Source of the DNA: an uncultured Actinomycetota bacterium
GTDB taxonomy: Bacteria; Actinomycetota; Actinomycetes; Mycobacteriales; Micromonosporaceae
Reading direction: 5' to 3'
DNA length: 64,000 bases
Assembly (NCBI GenBank): GCA_963736695.1
Contig: CAVTPU010000004.1
Location: forward strand, 2,139,961 to 2,203,960
Position 1 is the stretch's first letter; the number at the start of each line of letters is the position of its first letter. Below, one piece after another: positions 10,463 through 21,573 of the stretch. The notes beneath the pieces were generated by a model. It saw only the letters and a list, made by a program, of their open reading frames with translations, was not told the DNA's origin and searched no databases. The position numbers and the translations under genes are program-made.

Positions 10463-11739
10463 GCCTTCACATAGGGTTTTCCGTCGGCGGCCGGCGCACG
10501 CACCTTGCCGACCAGACCTGCCACCGCGAGGATCGTCGCGAGATAGGGCAGCATGGCGAGAAAGTCACTGGGAATGGGGCTCGCGATGCTGGCGAGATAG
10601 CTCGCGAGTTTGTCCGCGAAACCGAAGAATAGCGCCGCGAACAGCGCGCCGGTCGGATTCCACCGGCCAAAGATCAAGGCGGCGAGTGCGATGAAGCCCT
10701 TGCCACCGATCATGTTCTTGGAGAACTGCCCGACTAGGCTGAGCGTGAAGAAAGCGCCGCCCAGACCGGCCACCACTCCGGCGAGCAACACGTTGAGATA
10801 TCGCATGCCCAAGACGTTGACACCGACCGTGTCGGCCGCCGCCGGGTGCTCTCCGACAGACCGGGTCCGCAGGCCCCAGCGGGTTCGGAACAGCCCGATG
10901 TTGATGATGACGACCAGTGCGAGGGCGAGGAAAAGAAAGAGGCTGCCGGTGAAGACCGACGGCCCGAACACCGGAATCTCCGACAGCAGCGGCAGCTCCC
11001 ACACGGCGAACTTGGGTGGCTGGTTGTAGTCCGCCGAATGGGGACGCATCAACTGCTCGTAGATGAACCCGGTGAGGCCGACCGCGAGCAGGTTGAGAAC
11101 GACGCCGAGCACCACCTGATCGACCAGGTATCTGATCGAGAACCAGGCCAGGAGCGCGGAGATCAGGACGCCGCCGATGATCCCGCCGATGAGTCCCGCC
11201 CAGATGCTCGTGCCGATGGTGCCGAGCAACGCCGCTCCGAAAGCCCCGGTGAGCAACTGTCCCTCGATCGCCACGTTGACCACGCCTGATCGTTCGCAGA
11301 GCACGCCGGCGAGGGCGCCGAAGATCAGGGGCAGGGAGAAGAGAAATGTGCCGCGCATGATGTCGGCTAGGGGCATGAACGTGATGCCGGGTGGGGCTGC
11401 CGAGATCTGCCAGCACAGGAACGACAGGAGGAGCCCGACCAGGCCGGCGCCGAGCAGCCAGGCGAACCAGCGCCGCGCCGGGGCGACGAGCATCGCCACC
11501 CCACAGCCGATCCCGACCGCGCCGAAGCCGATCGCGCCGCCCACGCTGTCGATGTCGATGGACGCTCCGGCGGGATCGTCGGTGAGGGTGAATTGGACTT
11601 CGACCCCGGTGGCGAGGGCCCCGAAGCCGGCGGAGGCCGCGAGGCCGCATGCGACGAGCCCCGCGCCAACCCTGCGTTCCTTGCTCCAGAACCGGGCCGG
11701 CTCACGCACGGCAACGTCCGAAAGGACCAGAGTGCTCAT
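10459..11739 (-). CDS. ABC transporter permease (nucleoside/simple-sugar type)
   Basis: 426-aa polytopic ORF that overlaps the cdd start by 4 nt. It is in an operon with a second permease, a double-NBD ATPase and a BMP lipoprotein. Confidence 0.85.
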   Translation of the reverse strand: MSTLVLSDVAVREPARFWSKERRVGAGLVACGLAASAGFGALATGVEVQFTLTDDPAGASIDIDSVGGAIGFGAVGIGCGVAMLVAPARRWFAWLLGAGLVGLLLSFLCWQISAAPPGITFMPLADIMRGTFLFSLPLIFGALAGVLCERSGVVNVAIEGQLLTGAFGAALLGTIGTSIWAGLIGGIIGGVLISALLAWFSIRYLVDQVVLGVVLNLLAVGLTGFIYEQLMRPHSADYNQPPKFAVWELPLLSEIPVFGPSVFTGSLFLFLALALVVIINIGLFRTRWGLRTRSVGEHPAAADTVGVNVLGMRYLNVLLAGVVAGLGGAFFTLSLVGQFSKNMIGGKGFIALAALIFGRWNPTGALFAALFFGFADKLASYLASIASPIPSDFLAMLPYLATILAVAGLVGKVRAPAADGKPYVKA

Positions 11740-11743
11740 GCCC

Positions 11744-13087
11744 CTACCATCCCTTCGCCATGGAGGTTCCCACGGCGGAATCGGACCTGTCCGCCCGCAA
11801 TTGGAACAACGCCTTGACCAACGCTGGCGCCGCGACGAACAACACGATGAGCGCCTGAATCACGGTCACCAACTCCAGCGAAATCCCCTCATAGGACTGC
11901 ATCCGGTTGCCGCCGGCACGCAGAGCGCCGAATAGCAATGCGGCGAGCACCACGCCCCACGGGCGGGCCCGACCCAGCAACGCGACCAGAATGCCGTCGA
12001 ATCCGATGGTGCCGGCGGCGGCACCGGTCATCGCGTCAGCCTGGGATCCAAGGACGATGCTCGTGCCCCCGAGTCCGGCAAGCGCACCGGTGACCGCCAT
12101 CACCGCGACAACCGTGCGCGGCACACTCATGCCGGCGGTGCGTGCGGCGTCGGGGTTGGCGCCCACCGCGCGCAACTCGAACCCGAAGGCCGAACGCCGC
12201 ATCATCCAGGCGATCGCCGCCGTCACCAGGAGCGCGACGATCACGCCAGCGTCGACGCGCAGCGTCTCACCGAGAAGCCGGGGCAGCTTAGCCGTGTCGA
12301 GCACGTCCTTGCTGATCGCGTCGGAGCGGGTGGGGTGGTGCACCAACGACTGCATGATCACCCAGTTGAGGAAGAGAATCGCGACGTAGTTGAGCATGAT
12401 CGTCGTGATGACCTCGTGGGCTCCGGTGCGGGCCTTGAGGATCCCCGGAATGAATCCCCAGATCAGGCCGCCCAGCGCGCCCGCAACGAGGGCGACCAGC
12501 AGATGCACGACGACTGGCAGGTCGACCAGAAATCCGGCGAGCGCGGCGAAGACCAAGCCCATGATCGCCTGACCCTGCACGCCGATGTTGATCAGACCAC
12601 CACGGAACGCCACGGCGAAACAGAGCCCCGTGAAGATCAATGGGGTGGCATAGCTGAGGGTCTCGGTAAACGGGAAGAAGACCAGGTGCCAGTCGTTGGT
12701 CCCGTCGGCCCAGCCACGCACCGCCTCCCAGTCGAGCACGCTGCCCTTGAAGAGGTTCACGTAGGCGTCGCTGACGCGCGTCCAGCTCTGGGACACCGCG
12801 TCCGCCGGTCGGGCGAAGAGGTAGGAATAGCTGTCCAGCAGGTCCGGGGTGGAGAGCACGATGAGCACTCCACCGACGACCATCGCGAGCACGATCGCCA
12901 GGACCGTCACGGTCACGTCGTTGGCGGTGACGACCTGCTGAAGCACTCGGGGCCAACGGCTCGGCGGTGGCTCCGGACGACCGTCGGCGCCCGCACCCGA
13001 CGCCGACGCGTTCGACTCGCGCGCCGCCTCGTCCGAGCTCATCGGTGCCTTGTCGGGGGAACCCGCGAAGGGCTCTGGCTCACTCAT
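11744..13087 (-). CDS. ABC transporter permease
   Basis: 447-aa polytopic ORF directly downstream of the ATPase gene, with a 4-nt overlap. Confidence 0.85.
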   Translation of the reverse strand: MSEPEPFAGSPDKAPMSSDEAARESNASASGAGADGRPEPPPSRWPRVLQQVVTANDVTVTVLAIVLAMVVGGVLIVLSTPDLLDSYSYLFARPADAVSQSWTRVSDAYVNLFKGSVLDWEAVRGWADGTNDWHLVFFPFTETLSYATPLIFTGLCFAVAFRGGLINIGVQGQAIMGLVFAALAGFLVDLPVVVHLLVALVAGALGGLIWGFIPGILKARTGAHEVITTIMLNYVAILFLNWVIMQSLVHHPTRSDAISKDVLDTAKLPRLLGETLRVDAGVIVALLVTAAIAWMMRRSAFGFELRAVGANPDAARTAGMSVPRTVVAVMAVTGALAGLGGTSIVLGSQADAMTGAAAGTIGFDGILVALLGRARPWGVVLAALLFGALRAGGNRMQSYEGISLELVTVIQALIVLFVAAPALVKALFQLRADRSDSAVGTSMAKGW

Positions 13088-14637
13088 TTCTCTTCGCTCA
13101 TTCCCGGCGTGGTGGTGTCTGACTCGGCCTGACCGGGTCGGATGCCGGCCATCAGCAGACCGATCTCCTCCCGTGGGGTCTCGGGCGGCACGATGGCGAT
13201 GATCCGACCGCGATACATCACCGCGATTCGATCAGCCAGCGCGATGACCTCGTCCAGTTCGCTGGAGACGACCAACACGGCCGTGCCGATGGTTCGTTCG
13301 TGGATGATCCGATCGTGGATGAACTCGATCGAGCCGACGTCGACGCCCCGCGTCGGCTGCGCCGCGACGAAGAGCGTCAACGGGCGGGACATCTCCCGCG
13401 CGACGATGAGTTTCTGCTGATTGCCTCCGGAGAGGGAACCCGCAGTCGCCTGCGATGACGACGTACGCACGTCGAACTGCGCGATCCGCTCCCGCGCGGA
13501 GGCCTCGATGGCGGCGGGCCGCAGCGCCACCGACGATCCGTACGGAGGTTGGTCGTAGAGGTCGAGGACGAGGTTCTCGGCGACGGTGAAATCCTTGATC
13601 AGGCCGTCGACGCTGCGGTCCTCGGGAATGTATCCGACGCCACGACGCAGGATCTGTTTGGTCGACCGTCCGACGAGGTCGGCGCCAGCGAGGGCGATGG
13701 AGCCGGTGACCGGCGGACGCAGACCCATGATGGCCTCGACGAGCTCGGTCTGCCCGTTGCCCTGCACGCCGGCGATGCCGAGCACCTCACCGCCGTGCAC
13801 GATCAGATCGACGCCGTTGACGACACGCTGGTCACGGTCGTCGTCGACGGCGAGGCCGGTGATCTCCAGGACCGGATCGCCGCGGCGGGCGTCGGGCTTA
13901 GAGACCGTGAGTGCGACCGATCGGCCCACCATGAGGGTGGCGAGTTCTTCCTCACTCGCGTTCGGCGAGGTGGTGGCCACGACTTGGCCACGGCGGATGA
14001 CCGTGATCGTGTCCGCGATCGCGGTGACTTCGCGCAGTTTGTGGGTGATGAAGACGATCGACTTGCCCGATTCCTTCAGTGACCGCATGACCGCGAGCAG
14101 CTCGTCGGTCTCCTGCGGGGTGAGCACCGCGGTCGGCTCGTCGAGGATGAGCAGGTCGACCTCGCGGGTGAGCGCTTTGATGATCTCGACCCGTTGTTGC
14201 ACCCCGACGGGCAGATCCTCGATGACCGCGTCTGGATCGACCTCGAGACCATAACGCCGCGAGACGTCGATCACCTGCTGTCGGGCCTGTCGACGGTCGA
14301 GCATCCCGCCGAACCCGCTGCGGACCTTTTCGGCGCCGAGCATGACGTTTTCGGTGACGCTGAAGACGGGCACGAGCATGAAGTGCTGATGCACCATGCC
14401 GATTCCGGCGGCGATGGCGTCGCGTGGACTCTTGATCCGCACCGGCTTGTCATCGATGAGAATCTCACCCTCATCGGGCTGAAGCAGCCCATAGAGGACA
14501 TTCATCAACGTGGACTTGCCCGCGCCGTTCTCGCCAAGCAGCGCGTGGATCTCCCCGTGGCCGACGACCAGATCGATGTGGTCGTTAGCGACGACGTCGC
14601 CGAAGCGCTTGGTCATCGCTCGCAGTTCGAGTTTCAC
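13084..14637 (-). CDS. ABC transporter ATP-binding protein with duplicated NBDs
   Basis: Two Walker A / signature sets (GENGAGKST...; LSGGNQQK). The preferred start is the GTG at 14637 ([13 protein letters not shown]) with a GGAGG 6-8 nt upstream. The track ORF extends to 14721. Confidence 0.88.
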   Translation of the reverse strand: MKLELRAMTKRFGDVVANDHIDLVVGHGEIHALLGENGAGKSTLMNVLYGLLQPDEGEILIDDKPVRIKSPRDAIAAGIGMVHQHFMLVPVFSVTENVMLGAEKVRSGFGGMLDRRQARQQVIDVSRRYGLEVDPDAVIEDLPVGVQQRVEIIKALTREVDLLILDEPTAVLTPQETDELLAVMRSLKESGKSIVFITHKLREVTAIADTITVIRRGQVVATTSPNASEEELATLMVGRSVALTVSKPDARRGDPVLEITGLAVDDDRDQRVVNGVDLIVHGGEVLGIAGVQGNGQTELVEAIMGLRPPVTGSIALAGADLVGRSTKQILRRGVGYIPEDRSVDGLIKDFTVAENLVLDLYDQPPYGSSVALRPAAIEASARERIAQFDVRTSSSQATAGSLSGGNQQKLIVAREMSRPLTLFVAAQPTRGVDVGSIEFIHDRIIHERTIGTAVLVVSSELDEVIALADRIAVMYRGRIIAIVPPETPREEIGLLMAGIRPGQAESDTTTPGMSEEK

Positions 14638-14777
14638 ACTCGACCTCCCTCGTGCCAGCCAGCTACACCGACGCCGCTGGCATGAAATAGCGCGTGGCGT
14701 CGCATCGCCGCCAGCGGTCAAGCGGCCGGCCCCCGCGGTGATGATCTCACCATGGGGGCCGGCGACTTGTCACTACA

Positions 14778-15842
14778 TCACTTCGGCGAAGCCGGCGATT
14801 CGACCTTCACCTTGCCCGCGATGATGTCCTGCTTGAGCTGCTCGACCTCAGCCTTGAGCGCAGCGTCGATCTTGCTGTCGAACTCGTGGTAAGGCGCGAT
14901 CGAGACACCGTTGTTGGCAAGCGTGCCGAGGAACCCGTTCTCCGGCTTGAGGCTCTCGCCCTTGGCGCCCTTGAGCACAGCGTCCTTGACCGCGTCCGGG
15001 ATGTTCTTCACCACTGTGGTGAGCAGCGCCGCACAGTCCGGCGTGCTGTCGCAGCCGTCGACGTCGACCCAGATGGTGCTGAACTTGCCGGTGGTCTTGG
15101 CGTCACCGGTGGTGCCCAGACCGGTGCCACCGGCGACCGGCATGATCACGTCGGCGCCCTGCGCCCGCAGGGTGTCGCTCTGCTGCTTGCCCTTCGCCGG
15201 CGAGGCGAAGTCGTTGGCGAAGAGCCCGTCCTGCTTGGCCTTGTCCCAGCCGAGCACCTGGACCTTCTTGCTCTTGACCATGTTGTAGTGCGCGACACCG
15301 TCGGCGAAACCATCCATGAAGATGGTCACCGGCGGGATCTTGAGTCCACCGTAGGTGCCGACCTTGCCAGTCGTGGAGTGGCCGGCGGCGAGATAACCGG
15401 CGAGGAAACCGGCTTCAGCGGTGTTGAACTGCATCGGATAGACGTTCGGAACGCCGATCTTCGCGTCGACGATGGCGAACTGCTGGTTGGGGTTGGCCTT
15501 GGCGATCTTCTCGGTGGCAGTGCCCATCAGCCCGCCGACGGCGAGGATGAAGTCGCACTTCTGGTTGACGAACTGCGTGAGGTTCGGCTCGTAGTCCGCC
15601 TCCGCGCTCGACGCCACGTTCTTGATCTCAACCTTCGGATCGGCGGCCTTCGCCGCCTCCAGGCCCTTCCACGCCGAGGCGTTGAAGGACTTGTCGTCCA
15701 GGCCACCCTGATCGGTCACCATGCAGGCGACGTATTTCGCGGTCGTCCCGCCGTCGCTCGACTTGTCATCTTTAGGGGCTTCACCGCACGCTGCGGCAGC
15801 CAACGTCAGCCCGCCGACCGCAACCGCCGCGACAAGCCTCAT
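14778..15842 (-). CDS. BMP-family (PnrA-like) substrate-binding lipoprotein
   Basis: The preferred start is MRLVAAVAVGGLTLAAAACG (lipobox) at 15842, with an AAGGAG upstream. The track ORF extends to 15935. Confidence 0.85.
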   Translation of the reverse strand: MRLVAAVAVGGLTLAAAACGEAPKDDKSSDGGTTAKYVACMVTDQGGLDDKSFNASAWKGLEAAKAADPKVEIKNVASSAEADYEPNLTQFVNQKCDFILAVGGLMGTATEKIAKANPNQQFAIVDAKIGVPNVYPMQFNTAEAGFLAGYLAAGHSTTGKVGTYGGLKIPPVTIFMDGFADGVAHYNMVKSKKVQVLGWDKAKQDGLFANDFASPAKGKQQSDTLRAQGADVIMPVAGGTGLGTTGDAKTTGKFSTIWVDVDGCDSTPDCAALLTTVVKNIPDAVKDAVLKGAKGESLKPENGFLGTLANNGVSIAPYHEFDSKIDAALKAEVEQLKQDIIAGKVKVESPASPK

Positions 15843-16067
15843 CCCACGCACTGGGCGCAAGACGTTCTCCTTCCCCAGAAAGTCGCCCACCGCACCACCT
15901 GCGGCGGAACCACGTGACGGAGCGTACGCCGACATCCCGGCCAGTCCGCCAGGCCTCCCGGGTCGTCCACGCCCAGCGTTACCCTGCCGTAATAGATCTG
16001 TGCCGCTAGCCGTGACGTATCCGTTGGGCCGACGACCACAGAAGCCTCAAACGCCCCAGCGGACGAA

Positions 16068-16415
16068 TCAGTGCCAGAAGACCGCGACCGCCGCGTTAGC
16101 GAGGACGAGTCCGACGATGGCCATGAAATGCCCTGGATTCACCGTTTCTCGACGACGCGGCACGAAGGTCATGACGAAGACCAGGATGGCCACGAGCAGC
16201 TTGACCGCGAGCCAACCGGGCTTGGCCTCGCCCTCGTCCTCATCCCCCCACGGCGCCGCGAGCACGAGACCCGTGATCAGCTGAACTCCGGCTCCCCAGA
16301 TCATCACCGAGTTGATGCGGATCTTCCCACTGACGTATTGAGTCACCGCACCGCCGAGAAGCAGCGCGAATCCCACCAGATGGACATAGAAGACCACCGA
16401 TCGTAGGATCTCCAT
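16068..16415 (-). CDS. Small integral membrane protein (about 4 TM helices), function unknown
   Basis: 115-aa hydrophobic ORF with good codon bias. Confidence 0.6.
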   Translation of the reverse strand: MEILRSVVFYVHLVGFALLLGGAVTQYVSGKIRINSVMIWGAGVQLITGLVLAAPWGDEDEGEAKPGWLAVKLLVAILVFVMTFVPRRRETVNPGHFMAIVGLVLANAAVAVFWH

Positions 16416-16479
16416 ATCTGGTTCTTCCCTTCACCTGATGATGCGAGTCGCAGCGAGTATGTCAGGCCACGTCACGTGG

Positions 16480-17619
16480 CTACCGACGAACACCGCGAGG
16501 CTTGCCGCCGCTCGGCTTTCCCCCCGTACGCGTCGGTAGTTGGCGCACGCGGGCCGGTTCCGCCGCCTCGGCGATGGGTTGGCCGCCGTGCTCTCCAGGC
16601 GTGACTACCGGCGCCGGGCCGGTGGACGAACGCACCACGAGTTCGGGACGAAACAGGAACTCGGTTCGAGGCACCGGAAGACCACCGATCTCGTCGAGCA
16701 ACGCGCCGACCGCGGCCCGGCACATCGCGGCGACCGGCTGCCGAACCGTCGTCAGTGGAGGATCGGTGAAACCGATCAGTGGCGAGTCGTCGAACCCGAT
16801 CACCGACACGTCGTCGGGCACGGACAATCCCCGCTGCCGGATCGCCCGCACGGCACCCAACGCCATGAGGTCAGAGCCGCAGACGATGCCCGTCACCCCG
16901 GCGTCGAGCAGCTGGTCGGCGGCCGCGTAGCCACCCTCCACCGAATAGATCGAGTGCAGGACCAAGGGTTCGTCGTCGTCGACCCTCTCGTGACGCCGCA
17001 TCGCCCGCCGAAAACCGGCCGTCTTGCGCTGTGCCGGAATGAACCGTTCGGGACCGACCGCGAGCCCGATCCGGTGGTGCCCGAGCGAGGCGAGGTGTGC
17101 CACGGCCAGTTCGGAGGCGACCCCGTCATCGCACGAGATGAACGGGGCGTCGACATCGGTCGGGGCGCCGTTGACCATCACGATCGGCAGGCGTTGGGCG
17201 ACCAGCTTCGCATAGCGACCGGAGTCGGCTGTGGAGTCGGCGTGCAGACCAGAAACGAAGACGATGCCCGAGATGGCCCGCTCGAGCAGCAGGTCGATGT
17301 AGTCGTCCTCGGTCGTGCCGCCGGGCCACTGCGTGCACAGGATAGTGGTGTAGCCGGCCTGGGTCAGTTCCCGTTCCACCCGCTGCGCGAACATCGGGAA
17401 GATCGGATTCTCCAGCTCCGGAATGATCAAACCGATGAGGCCGAGACGTCGCTGGCGCAGCCGCGCGGGCCGTTCGCCGCCCAACAGATCAAGGGCGGTG
17501 AGAACAGCCTCCCGGGTAGCGTCCGAGACACCTGGTTTCCCGTTGAGCACCCGGCTGACTGTGGCCTCACTGACGCCGGCCTGAACCGCGATATCGGCGA
17601 GCCGTGCCTTCACAGGCAT
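16480..17619 (-). CDS. LacI-family transcriptional regulator
   Basis: HTH MPVKARLADIAVQAGVSEATVSRVLNG followed by a periplasmic-binding-like fold. The likely start is at 17619. It is the last gene of the GH13 operon. Confidence 0.88.
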   Translation of the reverse strand: MPVKARLADIAVQAGVSEATVSRVLNGKPGVSDATREAVLTALDLLGGERPARLRQRRLGLIGLIIPELENPIFPMFAQRVERELTQAGYTTILCTQWPGGTTEDDYIDLLLERAISGIVFVSGLHADSTADSGRYAKLVAQRLPIVMVNGAPTDVDAPFISCDDGVASELAVAHLASLGHHRIGLAVGPERFIPAQRKTAGFRRAMRRHERVDDDEPLVLHSIYSVEGGYAAADQLLDAGVTGIVCGSDLMALGAVRAIRQRGLSVPDDVSVIGFDDSPLIGFTDPPLTTVRQPVAAMCRAAVGALLDEIGGLPVPRTEFLFRPELVVRSSTGPAPVVTPGEHGGQPIAEAAEPARVRQLPTRTGGKPSGGKPRGVRR

Positions 17620-17642
17620 GGACTCTACCGGCAATGATCGCA

Positions 17643-19373
17643 TCAGCGGATCGTCCACCACGCGGCCGTGTCGGGCCCGAGTCTGCCGTCGGCGGTGAGC
17701 TCATCGCTGACGATCACCGGCGGACCATCGATCACGGGTGCCCCGAGGTCGGTGATCGCCACCGGTTCGGTTCCCTGATTGACCACGCACACCACGCTCG
17801 GCGAGCCGTCTCGACCGGCCCGCACAAAGGCCAGCACCTCGTCGTCGGGCCGGCTCAACCAGCGCAGTTCACCGTCACCGAGCGCGGCAAGATCACGGCG
17901 CAGCCGCAGGGCGCGCCGATAGAGCGACAGGGTCGACCCGGGGTCGGCCGACTGCGCCTCGACGCTCAACTCACGCCACGTCGCGGGCTGCGGCAGCCAC
18001 GGACGTGATCCGGACGGGCCGAATCCATATGGCTCCTCGGCGCCCGCCCACGGCAGCGGCACCCGACAACCGTCCCGCCCCAACTCAGCTCCCTCGGTGC
18101 GGTGGAAGATCGGATCCTGACGCGCCTCCGCCGGCAGGTCGAAGATCTCCGGCAGACCGAGTTCCTCGCCCTGATAGAGATAGACCGAGCCGGGCAGCGC
18201 GAACATGAGCAGCGTCGCGGCCCTGGCCCGGCGCAGACCGGTCGCCGGGTCGGCCTGCGCCGTCGCGCTGTCCGCGGATCCAGCCCCACCTGCGGTTCCA
18301 CCCACCCCGGCAGCGAGCCGAGAGGCGTGCCGCACGACGTCGTGATTGGAGAGCACCCAGGTCGCCGGCGCCCCCACCTCCGCCATCACCGCGAGAGACG
18401 CGTCGACGACCTGGCGATATTTCGCCCCCGACCACGCGGTGCCCAGAAACTCGAAGTTGAACGCCTGATGCAGTTCGTCTGGCCGCACGTAACGGGCGGT
18501 CCGACCGAGGTCGGGCAGCCACGCTTCGGCGACCGCGATCCGCTCCGGCTCATAGGTGTCCAAGATGGACCGCCACTGACGATAGATCTCGTGGACACCG
18601 TCTTGGTCGAAATACGGCGTGGGATCGCCACTGAGCAGATCGGTTCCGGCCTCCGCCGCGTCGGGCAGCCCGGCGGCCTTCACCATGCCGTGCGCGACGT
18701 CGATGCGAATGCCGTCGACCCCACGGTCGAGCCAGAACCGCAGCACGTCGGCGAACTCGGCCCGCACATCCGGGTGCTCCCAGTTGAAGTCGGGCTGCTC
18801 CGGCGCGAACAGGTGCAGATACCACTCGCCGTCCGGCAGCCGGGTCCAAGCCGGGCCGCGAAAGATCGACTGCCAGTTGTTAGGCGGGTTGTCACCGGGC
18901 CGAATGTGGAACCTGTCGCGTTCCGGCGCTCCTGGGCCGGCCGCGACCGCCGCCTCAAACCACGCGTGCTCGGTCGAACAGTGGTTGGGCACGATGTCGA
19001 TGATGACGCGCAGCCCACGGGTGTGCGCCTCGACGATGAGTTCGTCGAGGTCGGCGAGGTCACCCAGGGTCGGGTCAACGGCACGATAGTCGGCGACGTC
19101 ATAGCCCCCGTCGGCCATCGGAGAGCGATAGAAGGGTGTGAGCCAGAGCGCGTCGACGCCGAGGTCGACCAGATAGTCGAGACGGCTGGTGACACCACGA
19201 ATGTCGCCGATGCCGTCCCCGTCGTTGTCGGCGAAGCTGCGCACGTAGACCTGATAGATCACCGCGTCGCGGGCCCATGACCGCGTGCCGTCTGCCGCCC
19301 CGTCTATGGCGGACACGTTCATCATCGCTTCAGTGGACATCGCGAACGAACAACCTTTCCCCAACGTGCCCAC
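17643..19373 (-). CDS. GH13 alpha-glucosidase / oligo-1,6-glucosidase-like enzyme
   Basis: ...DAVIYQVYVRSFADNDGDGIGDIRG...GVDGIRIDVAHG...EAW...SNHD..., the GH13 conserved regions. The start is uncertain (GTG at 19373 or ATG at 19340). Confidence 0.88.
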   Translation of the reverse strand: MGTLGKGCSFAMSTEAMMNVSAIDGAADGTRSWARDAVIYQVYVRSFADNDGDGIGDIRGVTSRLDYLVDLGVDALWLTPFYRSPMADGGYDVADYRAVDPTLGDLADLDELIVEAHTRGLRVIIDIVPNHCSTEHAWFEAAVAAGPGAPERDRFHIRPGDNPPNNWQSIFRGPAWTRLPDGEWYLHLFAPEQPDFNWEHPDVRAEFADVLRFWLDRGVDGIRIDVAHGMVKAAGLPDAAEAGTDLLSGDPTPYFDQDGVHEIYRQWRSILDTYEPERIAVAEAWLPDLGRTARYVRPDELHQAFNFEFLGTAWSGAKYRQVVDASLAVMAEVGAPATWVLSNHDVVRHASRLAAGVGGTAGGAGSADSATAQADPATGLRRARAATLLMFALPGSVYLYQGEELGLPEIFDLPAEARQDPIFHRTEGAELGRDGCRVPLPWAGAEEPYGFGPSGSRPWLPQPATWRELSVEAQSADPGSTLSLYRRALRLRRDLAALGDGELRWLSRPDDEVLAFVRAGRDGSPSVVCVVNQGTEPVAITDLGAPVIDGPPVIVSDELTADGRLGPDTAAWWTIR

Positions 19374-19394
19374 CCGGTGCGGATGGGCGATCGG

Positions 19395-21323
19395 TTAACC
19401 GAAGTGCCAGACCTGCGTCGTCGGCCCCGCGCCCGGCAGGACCACCCGCCCGCCCGGTCGCACCTGAGCCTGCGCGCCACCATAGACGTTGACCAGTGAC
19501 GCTTCCCCGAGCCCGGACACGACCAGGTCGGGTCCGGTGGCTCGGCGGGCGAGCACGAGCAGACGTTGATCGACTGTCTCGCGCAGAAAGACCATGGTGT
19601 CCTTGGCCGCGTGCACCCACCGCAGTCCGCCGTGGCGCAGGGCCGGGTTGTCCCGACGGAGTCGAATGAGTTCCTCATAAACCCGAAGGGTCGCCTGGTC
19701 CCAGCTCTGCGGCCGGTGCCAGGGCATCGGCTCGCGCGACTCCTCGCCGTTGCGTCCCGTGAGCCCGAGTTCGTCACCAGCGAAGATCATGGGAACGCCG
19801 GGGAGAGTCATCTGCAGGCCGACCGCGACCTGGGCCCGCGCGGGGTCGCCGGCGACGGTGCGGATCCTCGCCGTGTCGTGCGAGCTGGTGATCGTCCACG
19901 AGTGGGCCATCGCCCGCCAGGACATGCCCGCCCCAAAGGCCCGCATGGTCGCCGCCGTCGCCTCAGCGTCGCGGGCCGGGACCGCGCCAGGCACGCCGAG
20001 GAAGTCGACCAAATCGAGGTCGGGTGAACGCAGCCAGCTCCACACGGGACGGGTGAAACCGGAGTAGTTCATGGTGGCGTGCCAGCCGTCGGCGTCGAGA
20101 TCCTCGGCGGCGTCGTGCGCGTGCTCGGCGACGACCAACGCGTCGGGCCGAACCGCGTGCACCGCGCGCCGCAGCAGCCGCGCGACCTCGTGCGTGAAGG
20201 AGTCCGGTCCGCACCGTCCGGTCATGTTCGCGACGTCGACCCGCCAACCATCCACATCGTACGGCGAAGTCAGCCAGCGGGTCGCGATCGACGACGTCAT
20301 GTCGTGGGCCGGGCCAACCCCGAGCCCCGTCGCGCCGGACTCCCCGCCGGGGCCGAAGAAGTGGCGTCGCAGCCGAGCGCTGCCCCAGTTGAGCTTCGGC
20401 AACGACGCAACCCCCTGCCACGACTCATAGTCGTCGCCGCGGAAGTAGAACATCTCCCGATCGGGTCCGGCCGGGTCCGCGAGTGCGTCGGTGAACCACG
20501 GGTGACTCGCTCCACAGTGGTTTGTCGTGAGGTCGCTGATGATCCGCATGCCCGAGGCGTGCACGGCGCCCGCGAGCCGGGCCAACGCTTCGTCACCGCC
20601 AAGAGCCGGGTCGACGTGGTCGAAGGACGCCGCGTCATAGCGGTGGTTGGACCGGCTGGGAAATATCGGCGTCAGATAGATGGTGTTCACGCCGAGCCGG
20701 CGCAGGTGGTCCAGTCGGTCGACGATGCCGTCGAGGTCACCGCCGTAGAACTGCAGCGGGGTCTCGGGGCCTCGACCGATGACGGGGGTATCCCAGTCGC
20801 ATGCGATCGCCCACGGCGGCGTTGGCCGACCCGCGGCCCGGTCCGATCGGGAAAATCGGTCGGGAAAGATCTGATAAATCACCGCATCGGCCGACCACGC
20901 GGGCGGCGGCGACCAGGTCACCAGCTGGAAATCGGTCTGGTCGGGCACATCGTGGCCGACCAGACCGGCGGCGCTGAGCCATCGGGCGCCACCCGGCCCG
21001 TCGAGAAGGAATCGATAGCGTGTGACCGGGTTGCGCATCGACACATCGACCCGCCACCACGTTTCGCCCGCCCCGACTTTGTCCACTGTGGCCTCGGCAA
21101 AAGCCGGTTCACCGTCCGGAGTGGACCGCAGGTGAACTCCGGTGACGCCAGCGGAGTCGGGCACCCGCACCCGCACCGTCACCCGATCGCCGAGGGCGGG
21201 CTCGGGATTGTCGACGAAGAGTCCGGACCCGTCGTGGTGGGGGGTGTCGCACCAGTCCATCACCGCGCCGCCCGAGGCATCATGGTCGGCCGGGGAACCG
21301 CGCCACGCGCGCCGATCGGCCAC
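19395..21323 (-). CDS. GH13 alpha-amylase-family enzyme with an N-terminal beta-sandwich domain (maltodextrin-glucosidase-like)
   Basis: ...DAVIYQIFPDRF...YGGDLDGI...GWRVDVANM...VAEH...SSHDT.... The start is uncertain. Confidence 0.85.
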   Translation of the reverse strand: MADRRAWRGSPADHDASGGAVMDWCDTPHHDGSGLFVDNPEPALGDRVTVRVRVPDSAGVTGVHLRSTPDGEPAFAEATVDKVGAGETWWRVDVSMRNPVTRYRFLLDGPGGARWLSAAGLVGHDVPDQTDFQLVTWSPPPAWSADAVIYQIFPDRFSRSDRAAGRPTPPWAIACDWDTPVIGRGPETPLQFYGGDLDGIVDRLDHLRRLGVNTIYLTPIFPSRSNHRYDAASFDHVDPALGGDEALARLAGAVHASGMRIISDLTTNHCGASHPWFTDALADPAGPDREMFYFRGDDYESWQGVASLPKLNWGSARLRRHFFGPGGESGATGLGVGPAHDMTSSIATRWLTSPYDVDGWRVDVANMTGRCGPDSFTHEVARLLRRAVHAVRPDALVVAEHAHDAAEDLDADGWHATMNYSGFTRPVWSWLRSPDLDLVDFLGVPGAVPARDAEATAATMRAFGAGMSWRAMAHSWTITSSHDTARIRTVAGDPARAQVAVGLQMTLPGVPMIFAGDELGLTGRNGEESREPMPWHRPQSWDQATLRVYEELIRLRRDNPALRHGGLRWVHAAKDTMVFLRETVDQRLLVLARRATGPDLVVSGLGEASLVNVYGGAQAQVRPGGRVVLPGAGPTTQVWHFG

Positions 21324-21505
21324 CTCAGGGCGATCGGCGGAGGCGGCGACACCCGTGGCGCGGATGGCATCGATGCTCCTGTCAACGAGGGGTGAGACAC
21401 AGTCGACTCACGGGCCAGCGCCCGCGCGAAATAGTGCGAATGATTCACCACGATGCAGCGGTGCGTGATGGGACAGAACACGGTCTGCAGCGCACGCTAG
21501 CAACT

Positions 21506-21573
21506 CTTTGCAATAAATGGAAGAGCTTGCAACGCCACGTGCAAGAACTTGCCGCTGCGTTATAGTCTTTGCT
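21506..21573. promoter_or_regulatory. Divergent promoter/operator region with repeated CTTGCAA-type half sites, a 12-bp palindrome GCAAGAACTTGC, and a TATAGT -10 box placed for a leaderless LacI mRNA
   Basis: ctttgcaa (21506-13), gcttgcaa (21525-32), gcaagaacttgc (21541-52), tatagt (21561-66). The ATG of the LacI gene is at 21574, 8 nt after the -10 box, and there is no Shine-Dalgarno sequence. Confidence 0.4.
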